A stretch of DNA of 64,000 nt, from the NCBI GenBank assembly GCA_039932095.1, contig JBDTQR010000001.1, forward strand, positions 16,558 through 80,557, given 5' to 3'. Origin of the DNA: a bacterium. GTDB lineage: Bacteria > Pseudomonadota > Alphaproteobacteria > Rhodobacterales > Rhodobacteraceae. The notes beneath the pieces were generated by a model, which was not told the origin of the DNA, searched no databases, and saw only the letters and a program-made list of their open reading frames with translations. The translations under genes and the position numbers were made by a program. Shown here in pieces: positions 36,018 to 45,517 of this stretch (positions are counted from its first letter, which is position 1; each line of letters starts with the position of its first letter).

Positions 36018-37160
36018 ATGCGCGTTGCAACGGCAGGCATCGGCCTGCGGGCTGGGCACGTCCTGTCCACCCTCAAAGAGGCCATGCCAGAGGTCGAATT
36101 CGTCGGGTATTACGACCCGCAACCGACCTATCTGGAAATGATCGGGGTGGATACCCCGCGCTATGACACGGTCGAGGCGATGCTGGCCGAGGCCAAGCCC
36201 GACCTCTACTGCGTGTTCTCCCCCAACCTCTTTCACCTCGCCCATATCCGGCTGGGGCTGGAGGCCGGCATTCAGGTCTTCACTGAAAAACCGGTTGTTG
36301 TCAGCATTGAGGAAACCCTCGAACTCGCCCGCCTCTTGGCCAAACACGGCGGCGTCAACCGCTGCATGGTCGGTTTGGTCCTGCGTTATTCGCAGCATAT
36401 GGTCGACCTGCGCGCCGCCCTGAAAGCGGGTCAATTGGGCCAGATAGTGTCGCTTGAGGCCAACGAACACATCGCCCCCTACCACGGCGCATTCTTCATG
36501 CGCGACTGGCGGCGGATGGTCGATCTGTCCGGCGGCTTCCTGTTGGAAAAGTGCTGCCACGACATCGACATCTACAATATGGTCACCGCCTCGCGCCCGG
36601 TGAAGGTCGCCAGCTTCGGTGGCCGCAAAAGCTATATCCCCGCCAACGCGCCCGCTTCCAACGAGGAAATGCAGATCTTCCACGTCAAGAAATCAGTGTG
36701 GAATTCAGTCGATGACCCATTCCACTCCGACGGCGACATCATCGACTATCAAACCGCGATCCTGCAGTATGAAAACGGCGCCTCGCTCGCCTTCCACACC
36801 AACCTCAACACCCCCGACGAGCACCGCCGGTTCTGCGTCATGGGCACCCATGGCATGGCCGAGGGCGATTTCGTGCGTGGTTACCTCAAGATCACCGCCC
36901 GCGACGGCACCCGCCTCGCCGACCACGACTACACTCAGCACACCGCGATGAAGGGTGCCCACTACGGCGCGGATGAGATGATGTGCACCGACATCGCCAA
37001 ATACCTGCGCGGTCAGGCGAAATCGCTGCCGGTGTCGATCCTTGACGCGATGGAGGCCGGCATCGCTGCCATTGCCGTCGATCAGGCGCGCGCCTCGGGT
37101 CAGGTGGTGGACCTGACAGACATCTGGGCCAAACTCGACAGTTATGGTCTGCGCAAATGA
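36018..37160 (+). CDS. Gfo/Idh/MocA oxidoreductase
   Basis: AGIGLRAGH Rossmann motif, TEKP and EKCCHDID. Confidence 0.92.
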   Translation: MRVATAGIGLRAGHVLSTLKEAMPEVEFVGYYDPQPTYLEMIGVDTPRYDTVEAMLAEAKPDLYCVFSPNLFHLAHIRLGLEAGIQVFTEKPVVVSIEETLELARLLAKHGGVNRCMVGLVLRYSQHMVDLRAALKAGQLGQIVSLEANEHIAPYHGAFFMRDWRRMVDLSGGFLLEKCCHDIDIYNMVTASRPVKVASFGGRKSYIPANAPASNEEMQIFHVKKSVWNSVDDPFHSDGDIIDYQTAILQYENGASLAFHTNLNTPDEHRRFCVMGTHGMAEGDFVRGYLKITARDGTRLADHDYTQHTAMKGAHYGADEMMCTDIAKYLRGQAKSLPVSILDAMEAGIAAIAVDQARASGQVVDLTDIWAKLDSYGLRK

Positions 37161-38158
37161 CGGTTCCCGGCGCGCATATGCGGTCTGAAATCGCCGAGGC
37201 TACGGGCGTTTTCGCCCGTGGTGTCGCCATGCAGCTGCCACTTGATGCCCTGCAAGACCTGCCACCGTTCCACGCGATCTATACCATCGCCCGCGGCTCC
37301 TCCGACGCCGCCGCCAATATCCTGTCCTATGAATTCATGCGCGAACTGGCCAAACCGATGACCAGCTTGCCGCCCTCGATCTTCTCGGTCGGCCGCGGTG
37401 TCACCATGGCGCATTCCCTCGCCATCGTCGTCTCGCAATCGGGTGCCTCCGAAGACCTCATCCGCTCCGCCCAGGGCGCGCGCGACAATGGTGCCAGCGT
37501 CATCGCCATTACCAACCAGACCGGTTCGCCGGTGGAAAAGGTGGCCAATCTGACCTTGCCAATCGGTGCTGGCGCAGAGCTTGCCGTGCCCGCAACCAAG
37601 ACCGTTATAGGCTCTATCGCTGCAGGAATGGCCCTGCTCGCCGCCCTCAATCCGGCCTACGCCGCCCGCGCTGCAACCTCTGCTGCGGCCATGGCCAATG
37701 CACCCATGACCCATCCGCAAGCCACCAATATCACCCGGTCGCTCACCCAAGCCTCGCATGTCTACATCATCGGCCGCGACACCGGCTTTGGTGCCGCGCA
37801 GGAACTGGCGCTGAAGATCAAGGAGACATGCGCCCTGCATGCCGAGGCTTATTCAAGCTCCGAAGTCCTGCACGGCCCGCTGCAACTCGCCACCAACCCG
37901 CTTTTGGTGCTGATCCTCGACACCGACCAGCCCGATGTGCAAGACAGTCTCAACACCGCCGAAGCCCGGTTTCGTGCCATCAGCGGCGCGGTCTACCGCC
38001 TGCGCCCGGCCGATGTCGGTGTCCAGAACCTGACTCCGGCCGCCGCCGCCGGCCTGCTGCTGTGCCTCGCCTACCCGATGGTGCTCGAAACCGCGCTCGC
38101 CCTCGGCCATGACCCCGACCGCCCGGCAACCCTGTCCAAGGTGACGCAAACAACATGA
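37157..38158 (+). CDS. nagB: Double-SIS glucosamine-6-phosphate deaminase (NagB-II type)
   Basis: ARGSSD, VSQSGAS, ATKT, ELALKIKE and HGP. Confidence 0.8.
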   Translation: MTVPGAHMRSEIAEATGVFARGVAMQLPLDALQDLPPFHAIYTIARGSSDAAANILSYEFMRELAKPMTSLPPSIFSVGRGVTMAHSLAIVVSQSGASEDLIRSAQGARDNGASVIAITNQTGSPVEKVANLTLPIGAGAELAVPATKTVIGSIAAGMALLAALNPAYAARAATSAAAMANAPMTHPQATNITRSLTQASHVYIIGRDTGFGAAQELALKIKETCALHAEAYSSSEVLHGPLQLATNPLLVLILDTDQPDVQDSLNTAEARFRAISGAVYRLRPADVGVQNLTPAAAAGLLLCLAYPMVLETALALGHDPDRPATLSKVTQTT

Positions 38159-39066
38159 TCGCAGCGGGCATCGACCTTGGCGGAACGAAGATCGAGGCGC
38201 AAGTCTTCGATTCTGGCTGGAACAGGGTCGCATCGCACCGCATCGCCACACCCAGATCCTACGACGCCCTGGTCGCGGCCATGGCAGAACAGATCGCTTG
38301 GATCGAGGCGCAATTCCCGGGCCTGCCGATCGGCATCGCCGCCGCCGGTCTGATCAACCCAAAGACTGGCCTCGCCCTGACCGCCAACCTGCCCGCCATG
38401 GGCCACCCATTCCCGGCCGACATCGAACGGTCCGCCGGTCGCAGGGTCACCTATGTCAACGACTGCCGCGCTCAGGCCCTGTCCGAAGCGATGTTCGGCG
38501 CGGCGCGAGGCTACCGTTCGGCGATGACGCTGAACCTCGGCACCGGGTTTGCCGGCGGCGTGGTCATCGACGGACAACTCCTGCCCGGTCCCACCGGTCT
38601 TGGTGGCGAATTCGGCCATTTCGCCTTACCCGCCCCAATCGTCCTGGCCCATGGCCTGCCGATACTGCGCTGCGGCTGTGGCCGAATTGGCTGCACAGAG
38701 ACGCTTATCGCCGGTCCCGGCCTGTCGCGCATCCACCACCACCTGACCGGTCAGGTCGCGACACCCGAACAGATCACCACCATCCGTACCCCCGAAACCG
38801 CCATCACCTGGTCGGTGTGGATCGAGTTGACCGCCGAAGTGCTGCACAGCCTGTGCATGACGATCGATCCCGATTGCGTGGTACTGGCCGGTGGCCTGTC
38901 GCGCGCGCCCGGTCTGGTGCCCGACCTGACCGCCGCGCTGCAGGCGGCGCAACTGCCCGGCTATGGCACACCGCCGATCCTGCTGGCCCAGGGTGGCGAC
39001 ACCACCGGTGCGCGTGGCGCGGCCTATGCCGCCAGCCTCGCCCAAGCCAAGGAGCCCGCGGAATGA
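38155..39066 (+). CDS. nagK: ROK-family GlcNAc kinase
   Basis: GIDLGGTKIE; GEFGH...CGCGRIGCTE zinc motif. Confidence 0.85.
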   Translation: MIAAGIDLGGTKIEAQVFDSGWNRVASHRIATPRSYDALVAAMAEQIAWIEAQFPGLPIGIAAAGLINPKTGLALTANLPAMGHPFPADIERSAGRRVTYVNDCRAQALSEAMFGAARGYRSAMTLNLGTGFAGGVVIDGQLLPGPTGLGGEFGHFALPAPIVLAHGLPILRCGCGRIGCTETLIAGPGLSRIHHHLTGQVATPEQITTIRTPETAITWSVWIELTAEVLHSLCMTIDPDCVVLAGGLSRAPGLVPDLTAALQAAQLPGYGTPPILLAQGGDTTGARGAAYAASLAQAKEPAE

Positions 39067-40205
39067 CCGACAGCCGCCCGATCTGGCTTTGCCCCGACAA
39101 GGTTTTCGACGGCAACACTCTGCTGTCCGACCACGCGGTGTTGCTGAAAAACGGCGTGGTACAGACCCTTTTTCCGGCCGGCGACCTGCCCGCAAGCGCC
39201 CAGCGCCACCCGATTGCCGGCACCATCACGCCGGGCTACCTCGATTTGCAGGTCAATGGCGGCGGCGATGTATTCCTGAACACCACGCCAACCGCCGCTG
39301 GCATGGCGACCATCGCCGCCGCGCATCGTCGCTTCGGCACCGTCGGCATCCTGCCCACCCTGATCACCGACGCGCCAGAGGTGCTCGACCTCGCGGCCAA
39401 GGCGGCCCGCATTGCCAAGGGTCAGCAGGGCATCCTCGGTCTGCATATCGAGGGCCCGCATATCTCGGTGGCCCGTCGCGGCACCCACGCCACCCGCTTC
39501 ATCCGCCCGCTCGACGACCGCACCCTGAAGGTCGTCCGCGACCTGCGCAGCGCAGGCATCGCCGTGATGATCACCGTGGCGCCCGAGGCGGTCACCAAGG
39601 GCCAGATTGCAGCGCTGGCAAAGACTGGCGCTGTGGTGTCGATCGGCCATACCGACACCACATCCGAGGCAGTGCGCGCCGCGCTGGACGAGGGCGCCAC
39701 CTGTTTCACCCATCTGTACAACGCCATGTCGCCGATGCTGAACCGTGCCGCGGGCGTTACCGGGTCCTGCATCAACTCCACCGCCTATAGTGGCATCATC
39801 TGCGACGGCATCCATGTCGCTGATGAGATGGTCGGTCTGGCGATCCGCGCAAGGCCCCGACCGGACACCACTTTCCTGGTCTCTGACGCGATGCCAACGG
39901 TTGGCGGGTCCGATCATTTCAGCCTGTATGGCGACGTGATCCGGCTGGAAAACGGTCGTCTGGTCAACAGCGAAGGCTCACTGGCCGGCGCACATGTCAC
40001 CATGGCGGAAAGTGTCGCCCGGCTGATCGGCGTGGTCGGTCTGGCCCCAGAAGCCGCCCTGCGGATGGCAATCACCATCCCGGCCCGGGTCATCGGTGCC
40101 GAGCCCCTGGCCAGCGTCATCGGTCGCCGGGCCGAGGATCTGCTGATCCTTGACGCCGACTGGCAGGTCCGCAGCACCTGCGCCGCCTTGCCCGTGGCGG
40201 CGTGA
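39063..40205 (+). CDS. nagA: N-acetylglucosamine-6-phosphate deacetylase
   Basis: PGYLDLQVNGGG, HIEGPHI, THLYNAM and DGIH; ATG at 39063 overlaps the nagK stop. Confidence 0.95.
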   Translation: MTDSRPIWLCPDKVFDGNTLLSDHAVLLKNGVVQTLFPAGDLPASAQRHPIAGTITPGYLDLQVNGGGDVFLNTTPTAAGMATIAAAHRRFGTVGILPTLITDAPEVLDLAAKAARIAKGQQGILGLHIEGPHISVARRGTHATRFIRPLDDRTLKVVRDLRSAGIAVMITVAPEAVTKGQIAALAKTGAVVSIGHTDTTSEAVRAALDEGATCFTHLYNAMSPMLNRAAGVTGSCINSTAYSGIICDGIHVADEMVGLAIRARPRPDTTFLVSDAMPTVGGSDHFSLYGDVIRLENGRLVNSEGSLAGAHVTMAESVARLIGVVGLAPEAALRMAITIPARVIGAEPLASVIGRRAEDLLILDADWQVRSTCAALPVAA

Positions 40206-40648
40206 CCCAGACCCTGCCACCTGGCCTCTACCAGTACGACCAGTTGCAGATCGGTGACCAGATCGACACTGGCACCGCCCAGATCACCTCAGCTGCGATT
40301 CTCGCCTTCGCCCAACTGTCCGGCGACCAGTTTGAAATTCACCTCTCGGGTGCTGGCGCCATCAAACACGGCTTTCCCGCCCAGGTCGCACACGGCCTTC
40401 TGGTGCTGTCGCTGGTCGAGGGTCTGAAATCCAGCGCCCCGGCCCGCATCGCAGCCTATGCCTCGCTGGGCTGGGACTTGCGGTTTCGCAAGCCGGTTCT
40501 GGCTGGCGACCAGATCCATTGCACTCTGACCGTCGCCGCCAAACGCCCGCGCGCCACGCAGGGCATCATCACGCTGGACGTGCAGGTTTTCAACCAGTTG
40601 CACCAGCTGGTCCAAAGCGGTCAGACCCGGATGATGGCCTATCGGTGA
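40202..40648 (+). CDS. MaoC-like hot-dog dehydratase
   Basis: FAQLSGDQFEIH, VAHGLL and RFRKPVLAGD; GTGA coupling to nagA. Confidence 0.85.
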   Translation: MTQTLPPGLYQYDQLQIGDQIDTGTAQITSAAILAFAQLSGDQFEIHLSGAGAIKHGFPAQVAHGLLVLSLVEGLKSSAPARIAAYASLGWDLRFRKPVLAGDQIHCTLTVAAKRPRATQGIITLDVQVFNQLHQLVQSGQTRMMAYR

Positions 40649-40669
40649 ATCACCCTCCGCGAAGGCCCG

Positions 40670-41686
40670 CTATTTCATCGCGACAATCTGTTTCATCGTC
40701 GCCAGCAGGGTCTTCTCGGCCCCGGCAAACGCCTCATCGGCAAATTTGAACTGCTTGTACAATTCCTTGCTGTCCTTGGCCTTCTTGATGGCCGCGGCGT
40801 ATTTCTTGCGGTTGGCGGCCAGCGCCTTGTGCGATTTCTTCAGCTGATCCAGCCCGGTCCGCGCCGCCTTCAACTCCGGCCCGGCGAGATTGCGGTCTTT
40901 CTCGGCCTTTTCCAGCGCCGCCTTGCAGTGTTTTTCGATCAGCTTGGCCAGCGCCACCGCCTTCTTGACCGCCACGACCAGCACCCGCTCCTGCAAGGCC
41001 GTCGGCAGCCCGGATTCGTCCGCCGTGCCCTTGGGTGCCAGATCCAGGGTCTTTTCGATCATTTTCTCGAATTTGGCGGCATAGTTGTCCATCTTCTGGT
41101 CAACATTCTTGCGATAAAGCCCGCCCGCCTCGGTCAGGTCCTTGCTGTCTGCCGCGATCTCTTTCAGCAGCTTGAGCAGCGCCGGCTCCTGCTTCTTGAA
41201 CTCTTTCTCCAACTCGGCCGCCGCCTTGGCAACCGACGGGGTCAACGTGCCCTTGCCGGATTTCGCCTTGGCCTGATCCTTCTTCAGCGCCTCTTGCGCG
41301 TCGTCCAGTTCCTTTTGGTGCAGCTTCAGATCCGCCTCGATATGCTCGACCAGCACCTTCAGGTCGTTGACGGTCTGCTTGGCCTCATTGCCCATCTGGC
41401 GCAATTTGACCTGCTCTTTCCACAGCGCGTCAACTTCCTTGTCCAGCGTCTTGTAGGCATCGCTGAAGCCCTTGTCCTTCTTGAAATCCGACAATGTGTC
41501 CTTGTCGACGCCGTTGCTGCGCGCCTTGACCAGCGCGAAGGACAGCTTTTCCTCCAGCGCCTCGCAGGCTTTGTAATGCTTCAGGAACAACTCCAGCTGG
41601 CTGTTGCAGGCCTTGGCCGAGTATTCCTTGATCGCCTTTTGCAGCTTGCTATAGCCGCCGCTGTGGTTTTCCCATTTCGCAGCCAT
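40670..41686 (-). CDS. Lys/Ala-rich all-helical hypothetical protein
   Basis: 338-aa ORF with host-like GC3 bias and AGGA RBS; about 61 Lys by manual count. Confidence 0.8.
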   Translation of the reverse strand: MAAKWENHSGGYSKLQKAIKEYSAKACNSQLELFLKHYKACEALEEKLSFALVKARSNGVDKDTLSDFKKDKGFSDAYKTLDKEVDALWKEQVKLRQMGNEAKQTVNDLKVLVEHIEADLKLHQKELDDAQEALKKDQAKAKSGKGTLTPSVAKAAAELEKEFKKQEPALLKLLKEIAADSKDLTEAGGLYRKNVDQKMDNYAAKFEKMIEKTLDLAPKGTADESGLPTALQERVLVVAVKKAVALAKLIEKHCKAALEKAEKDRNLAGPELKAARTGLDQLKKSHKALAANRKKYAAAIKKAKDSKELYKQFKFADEAFAGAEKTLLATMKQIVAMK

Positions 41687-41832
41687 GCCAAATTCCTTTC
41701 CCCCCTAAAGGCACAACATTAGGCTGAGATTTGATTTCGGCAAAACGAAATTGCGCGCGCTGGTGCGACCTTTGTCAGGCTACCCAATCCAGCGGATTTC
41801 GGTCAGTGTCTGCACAACCAAGGGGTTTTCAG

Positions 41833-42741
41833 ATGATCGAATATGCCAGCAACCGGGTCCCGCTGCAGATGCTGTCCGAATCCGACGGCGTTCTGGCGGT
41901 GATCGTCGAAACCGAGGGCACATCGTACCGCAATGTCGGCACCATGATGGCCTTCCGCGCCGACCACCGGCGGGTCGGGTCGCTGTCCTCGGGCTGCATC
42001 GAGGATGACATCGCCGACCATGCCGGAACCGCACTTGCCACAGGTCGGGCCAGATCTCTGCGCTACGGCCTCGGCTCGCCGTTCTTCGACCTGAAACTGC
42101 CCTGCGGCGGCGGTCTGTCGATCCTGTTGATCCCCAATCCCGACCGAGAGCTCCTGCGCCAGGCGCTTGCCCTTGGCACCGGGCGCAAGTCCGCGTTCCT
42201 GTCAATCGGCCTCACCGATGGCAGCCTTGCCTTGCTGCCCTCGCCCACCACGAACAATGGCCATCTGTTGGTGGAATTGGAGCCTGAACTGCGGTTTTGG
42301 GTCTACGGCCACGGCATCGAGGCGATTGCCTTTGCCTCGATGACCCACGCTGCCGGTTACGACGTCACGCTGTTCGGCCAGGACAGTTTGCAAACCGACA
42401 TCAGCCGCCTCGGCGCATTGCCGATTCAGACAATCGCCAGCTTCCGCAGCTATGTCTGCCCGACCCCCGACAGCCGCACCGCCATCACGCTGTTCTTTCA
42501 TGATCACGAAAACGAAGCCCGGCTGCTGGCGCAATTCCTGCCGACCGAAGCGTTCTTCATCGGCGCCCAAGGCAGCCTGCGCGCCCGGACCCGTCTGCTC
42601 GATGATCTTCGGGCGCTGAACGTCACGCCGGAACACCTCACCCGTCTGTGCCCAACCTTTGGCCTGATCCCGTCGTGCCGCGACCCGCGCACCTTGGCAG
42701 TGTCGGTGATGGCGCATGTTCTGGCCATCGCCGCCGCCTAA
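41833..42741 (+). CDS. XdhC/CoxI-family Moco accessory protein
   Basis: EGTSYRNVG, GSLSSGCIEDD, LPCGG, FFHDH and FFIGAQGS. Confidence 0.9.
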   Translation: MIEYASNRVPLQMLSESDGVLAVIVETEGTSYRNVGTMMAFRADHRRVGSLSSGCIEDDIADHAGTALATGRARSLRYGLGSPFFDLKLPCGGGLSILLIPNPDRELLRQALALGTGRKSAFLSIGLTDGSLALLPSPTTNNGHLLVELEPELRFWVYGHGIEAIAFASMTHAAGYDVTLFGQDSLQTDISRLGALPIQTIASFRSYVCPTPDSRTAITLFFHDHENEARLLAQFLPTEAFFIGAQGSLRARTRLLDDLRALNVTPEHLTRLCPTFGLIPSCRDPRTLAVSVMAHVLAIAAA

Positions 42742-42824
42742 CCGCCCAGCCCGACCCTCTGCCGTTGACCCTTGCGCAGGCTGGGGCTAATCCGGGGGCA
42801 ACCCTTTGCTGATCGGATGGCACT

Positions 42825-43439
42825 TTGACCAATTATCTCTACCAGAATGACCTGCCCGATGGGCTGAACCTTGGCCCGGTTGTCGCGATTGATACCGAGA
42901 CGATGGGCCTGGACCCACGCCGCGACCGGCTGTGTCTGGTGCAACTGTCCTCTGGCGACGGCCATGCCCATCTGGTGCAGATCGCCCGCGGCCAGATCAC
43001 CGCCCCCAATCTGACCCGGCTTCTGACCGACCCTGACACGCTGAAACTGTTTCATTTCGGCCGGTTCGACATCGCCGCGATGTATCAGGCCTTTGGCGTG
43101 CTGACCGCCCCGGTGTGGTGCACGAAAGTTGCCGCGAAAATGGTCCGTACCTTCACCGACCGTCATGGCTTGAAATATCTGCTCAACGAACTGGTCGGCG
43201 TCGATGTTTCCAAACAGCAGCAAACCTCCGACTGGGGTGCCGCCGTGCTGACTGACGCGCAAAAGGAATATGCCGCCTCTGACGTCCTCTATCTCCACAA
43301 GCTGAAAGCCGCGCTTGAGGCCTGTCTGATCCGCGAAGACCGACTGGACCTTGCCAACCGCTGCTTTGCCTTCCTGCCCACCCGCGCCCAGCTTGACCTG
43401 ATGGGATGGGAGGAGCCGAATGACCTCTTCCACCACTGA
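42825..43439 (+). CDS. rnd: Ribonuclease D (short 3'-5' exonuclease)
   Basis: AIDTETMGL, FHFGRFD, QQTSDWG and YAASDV; TTG start. Confidence 0.92.
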   Translation: MTNYLYQNDLPDGLNLGPVVAIDTETMGLDPRRDRLCLVQLSSGDGHAHLVQIARGQITAPNLTRLLTDPDTLKLFHFGRFDIAAMYQAFGVLTAPVWCTKVAAKMVRTFTDRHGLKYLLNELVGVDVSKQQQTSDWGAAVLTDAQKEYAASDVLYLHKLKAALEACLIREDRLDLANRCFAFLPTRAQLDLMGWEEPNDLFHH

Positions 43440-44385
43440 TTTCCTCGCCACCGGTCGCCGCGTCATCACCGCCGAGGCCGCCGCGCTGACCACCCTGTCG
43501 GCAGCCCTTGGCGACAACTTCAGCCGGGCCGTCCAGATGATCCTTGCCGCCAAGGGCCGGGTCATCGTCACCGGCATGGGCAAATCCGGCCATATCGCCC
43601 GCAAGATCGCCTCCACCCTCGCCTCGACCGGCACCCCCGCGCATTTCGTCCATCCGGCTGAGGCGAGCCATGGTGACCTTGGCATGGTGGCCGAGGGCGA
43701 TGTGGTACTGGTTCTATCGAATTCTGGCGAAACCCCCGAACTTGCGGACATCATCGCCCACACCCGCCGCTTCAACATCCCGATGATCGGCGTCGCTTCC
43801 AAACCGGAATCGACCCTGATGCGGCAGGTCGAGGTGGCAATCATCCTGCCCGCCGTGCCCGAGGCTTGCGGCACCGGCGTGGTGCCCACCACCTCCACCA
43901 CCATGACCCTCGCCCTTGGTGACGCGCTCGCCATCGCCCTGATGGAGCATCGCAAATTCACCCCTGAACATTTCCGCCTGTTCCATCCCGGCGGCAAACT
44001 CGGCGCGCGGCTGTTGAAGGTCGGCGATCTGATGCATACCGAACTGCCGCTGACGGCCGCGACCAGCCCGATGAGCGAGGCGCTGATTTCGATGAGCCGC
44101 TCCGGCTTTGGCGTTACTGGCGTTACCGGCGACGGCGGCGCGCTGATCGGCATCATCACCGATGGTGACCTCCGGCGCCACATGGACGGCCTGCTGGGCT
44201 TGACCGCCGGTCAGGCCATGACCGGCACGCCGCGCACCATCACCCCGGATGCGCTGGCAGAGCGGGCGCTGAGCATCATGAACGACCGCAAGATCACCTG
44301 CCTGTTCGTCGTCGACCCGAACAATGGTCCGCAGGCAATCGGCATCGTGAAGATCCATGATCTGTTGCGGGCAGGTGTTGCGTGA
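43420..44385 (+). CDS. kdsD: Arabinose-5-phosphate isomerase (KpsF/GutQ)
   Basis: GMGKSGHIARK, HPAEASHGDLG, HPGGKLG; CBS pair. Confidence 0.95.
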   Translation: MTSSTTDFLATGRRVITAEAAALTTLSAALGDNFSRAVQMILAAKGRVIVTGMGKSGHIARKIASTLASTGTPAHFVHPAEASHGDLGMVAEGDVVLVLSNSGETPELADIIAHTRRFNIPMIGVASKPESTLMRQVEVAIILPAVPEACGTGVVPTTSTTMTLALGDALAIALMEHRKFTPEHFRLFHPGGKLGARLLKVGDLMHTELPLTAATSPMSEALISMSRSGFGVTGVTGDGGALIGIITDGDLRRHMDGLLGLTAGQAMTGTPRTITPDALAERALSIMNDRKITCLFVVDPNNGPQAIGIVKIHDLLRAGVA

Positions 44386-45017
44386 TGGCTTGGGCCCGTC
44401 ACGACAACCTGCACTCGCGGATCGTGTTCTGGCTGAAGATCCTGCTGCCGCTCGGCGCGATTGCCATCCTGTCGACCCTGTTCATGGTGTCGCGCAGCTT
44501 TCGCCCCGAGGATGCCATTCCCTATGCCGATGTCGACCTGAAAGACCGCGTCAACGAACCTCGCCTGACCAAACCCGATTTCGCCGGAATGACGTCGGAC
44601 GGGGCAAGTCTGTCCTTGCAGGCAGCCGAGGCCCGCCCGGGCGTTCCCGGCAGCAGCAATGCCGGGCTGATTTCAAACCTGACCGGGCTGCTCGAAACGC
44701 CGGACGGTGCCACCACATCACTGATCGCCACCGAGGCGCGGCTTGATCAGGTTGCCAAGAAGGCGGTGCTCAGCGGTGGTGTCCATATCTTCAATTCATT
44801 GGGTTACAACATCGACAGCCAGACCATCTCCGTGGCGCTGGACGAAACCAATCTCGACAGCCCCGGCCAGATCACCGCTGTTGGACCCCTGGGGCAAATC
44901 GTGGCAGGATCGATGCATCTGGGGTTGGCGGATCCGGCCAGCAGTGACTATGTTCTGGTTTTCAAACAGGGTGTTCGGCTGATATACACGCCGGGAACAC
45001 GGGAAACGGGACAATGA
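44382..45017 (+). CDS. lptC: LPS export protein LptC
   Basis: N-terminal TM plus beta-jellyroll-like region; kdsD-lptC-lptA-lptB order. Confidence 0.82.
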   Translation: MMAWARHDNLHSRIVFWLKILLPLGAIAILSTLFMVSRSFRPEDAIPYADVDLKDRVNEPRLTKPDFAGMTSDGASLSLQAAEARPGVPGSSNAGLISNLTGLLETPDGATTSLIATEARLDQVAKKAVLSGGVHIFNSLGYNIDSQTISVALDETNLDSPGQITAVGPLGQIVAGSMHLGLADPASSDYVLVFKQGVRLIYTPGTRETGQ

Positions 45018-45517
45018 TGACCAGCGCCAGGACGATCACACGGGCGCTCTGCGCCCTCGCCGTGGTGCTTGCGCCCCTTATGGCCGCCGCGCAGGGCACG
45101 AATGTCGCCTTTGCTGGGCTGAAAACCGATATCACCCAACCGGTTCAGGTTGATGCCGACCAACTTGCCGTCGATCAGAAATCCGGCACGGCCACCTTCA
45201 GCGGCAATGTTGTCGTCGCACAAGGCGACATGAAACTGCAAGCGGGCAGCGTTGTGGTGACCTACTCCGCCGACAAGAAGTCGATCCAGAGCCTGCATGC
45301 CGATGGCGGCGTCACCGTGGCCGCAGGCACCGATGCCGCCACCTCGCAAACCGCCGATTATTCGCCCGACACCGGCGATCTGATCCTGAGTGGCCATGTC
45401 GTGCTGACCCAGGGCCAGACCGCCATTTCGGGGGAAACGCTGACGCTCAGCCTGCAATCCGGCCTTGGCAACATGGCAGGACGGGTCACCACCATCTTCA
45501 CGCCGGGCAAGAACTGA
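45014..45517 (+). CDS. lptA: LPS transport protein LptA
   Basis: Signal peptide; PVQVDADQL and ATFSGNVVVAQG. Confidence 0.9.
   Translation: MMTSARTITRALCALAVVLAPLMAAAQGTNVAFAGLKTDITQPVQVDADQLAVDQKSGTATFSGNVVVAQGDMKLQAGSVVVTYSADKKSIQSLHADGGVTVAAGTDAATSQTADYSPDTGDLILSGHVVLTQGQTAISGETLTLSLQSGLGNMAGRVTTIFTPGKN

Noticed and set aside
38298-39062. Apparent 635-aa fusion ORF ending in NagA
   Set aside because: The first 255 aa are an alternative frame of nagK; NagA starts at ATG 39063
41704-41723. Similarity of CTAAAGGCACAACATTAGGC to the fliI/flgB spacer (CTAAAGGAATCACCGTTAAGC), hinting at flagellar co-regulation of the Lys-rich orphan
   Set aside because: Needs a gap, spacing does not fit CtrA, and it lies under 20 nt from the start codon; could be chance
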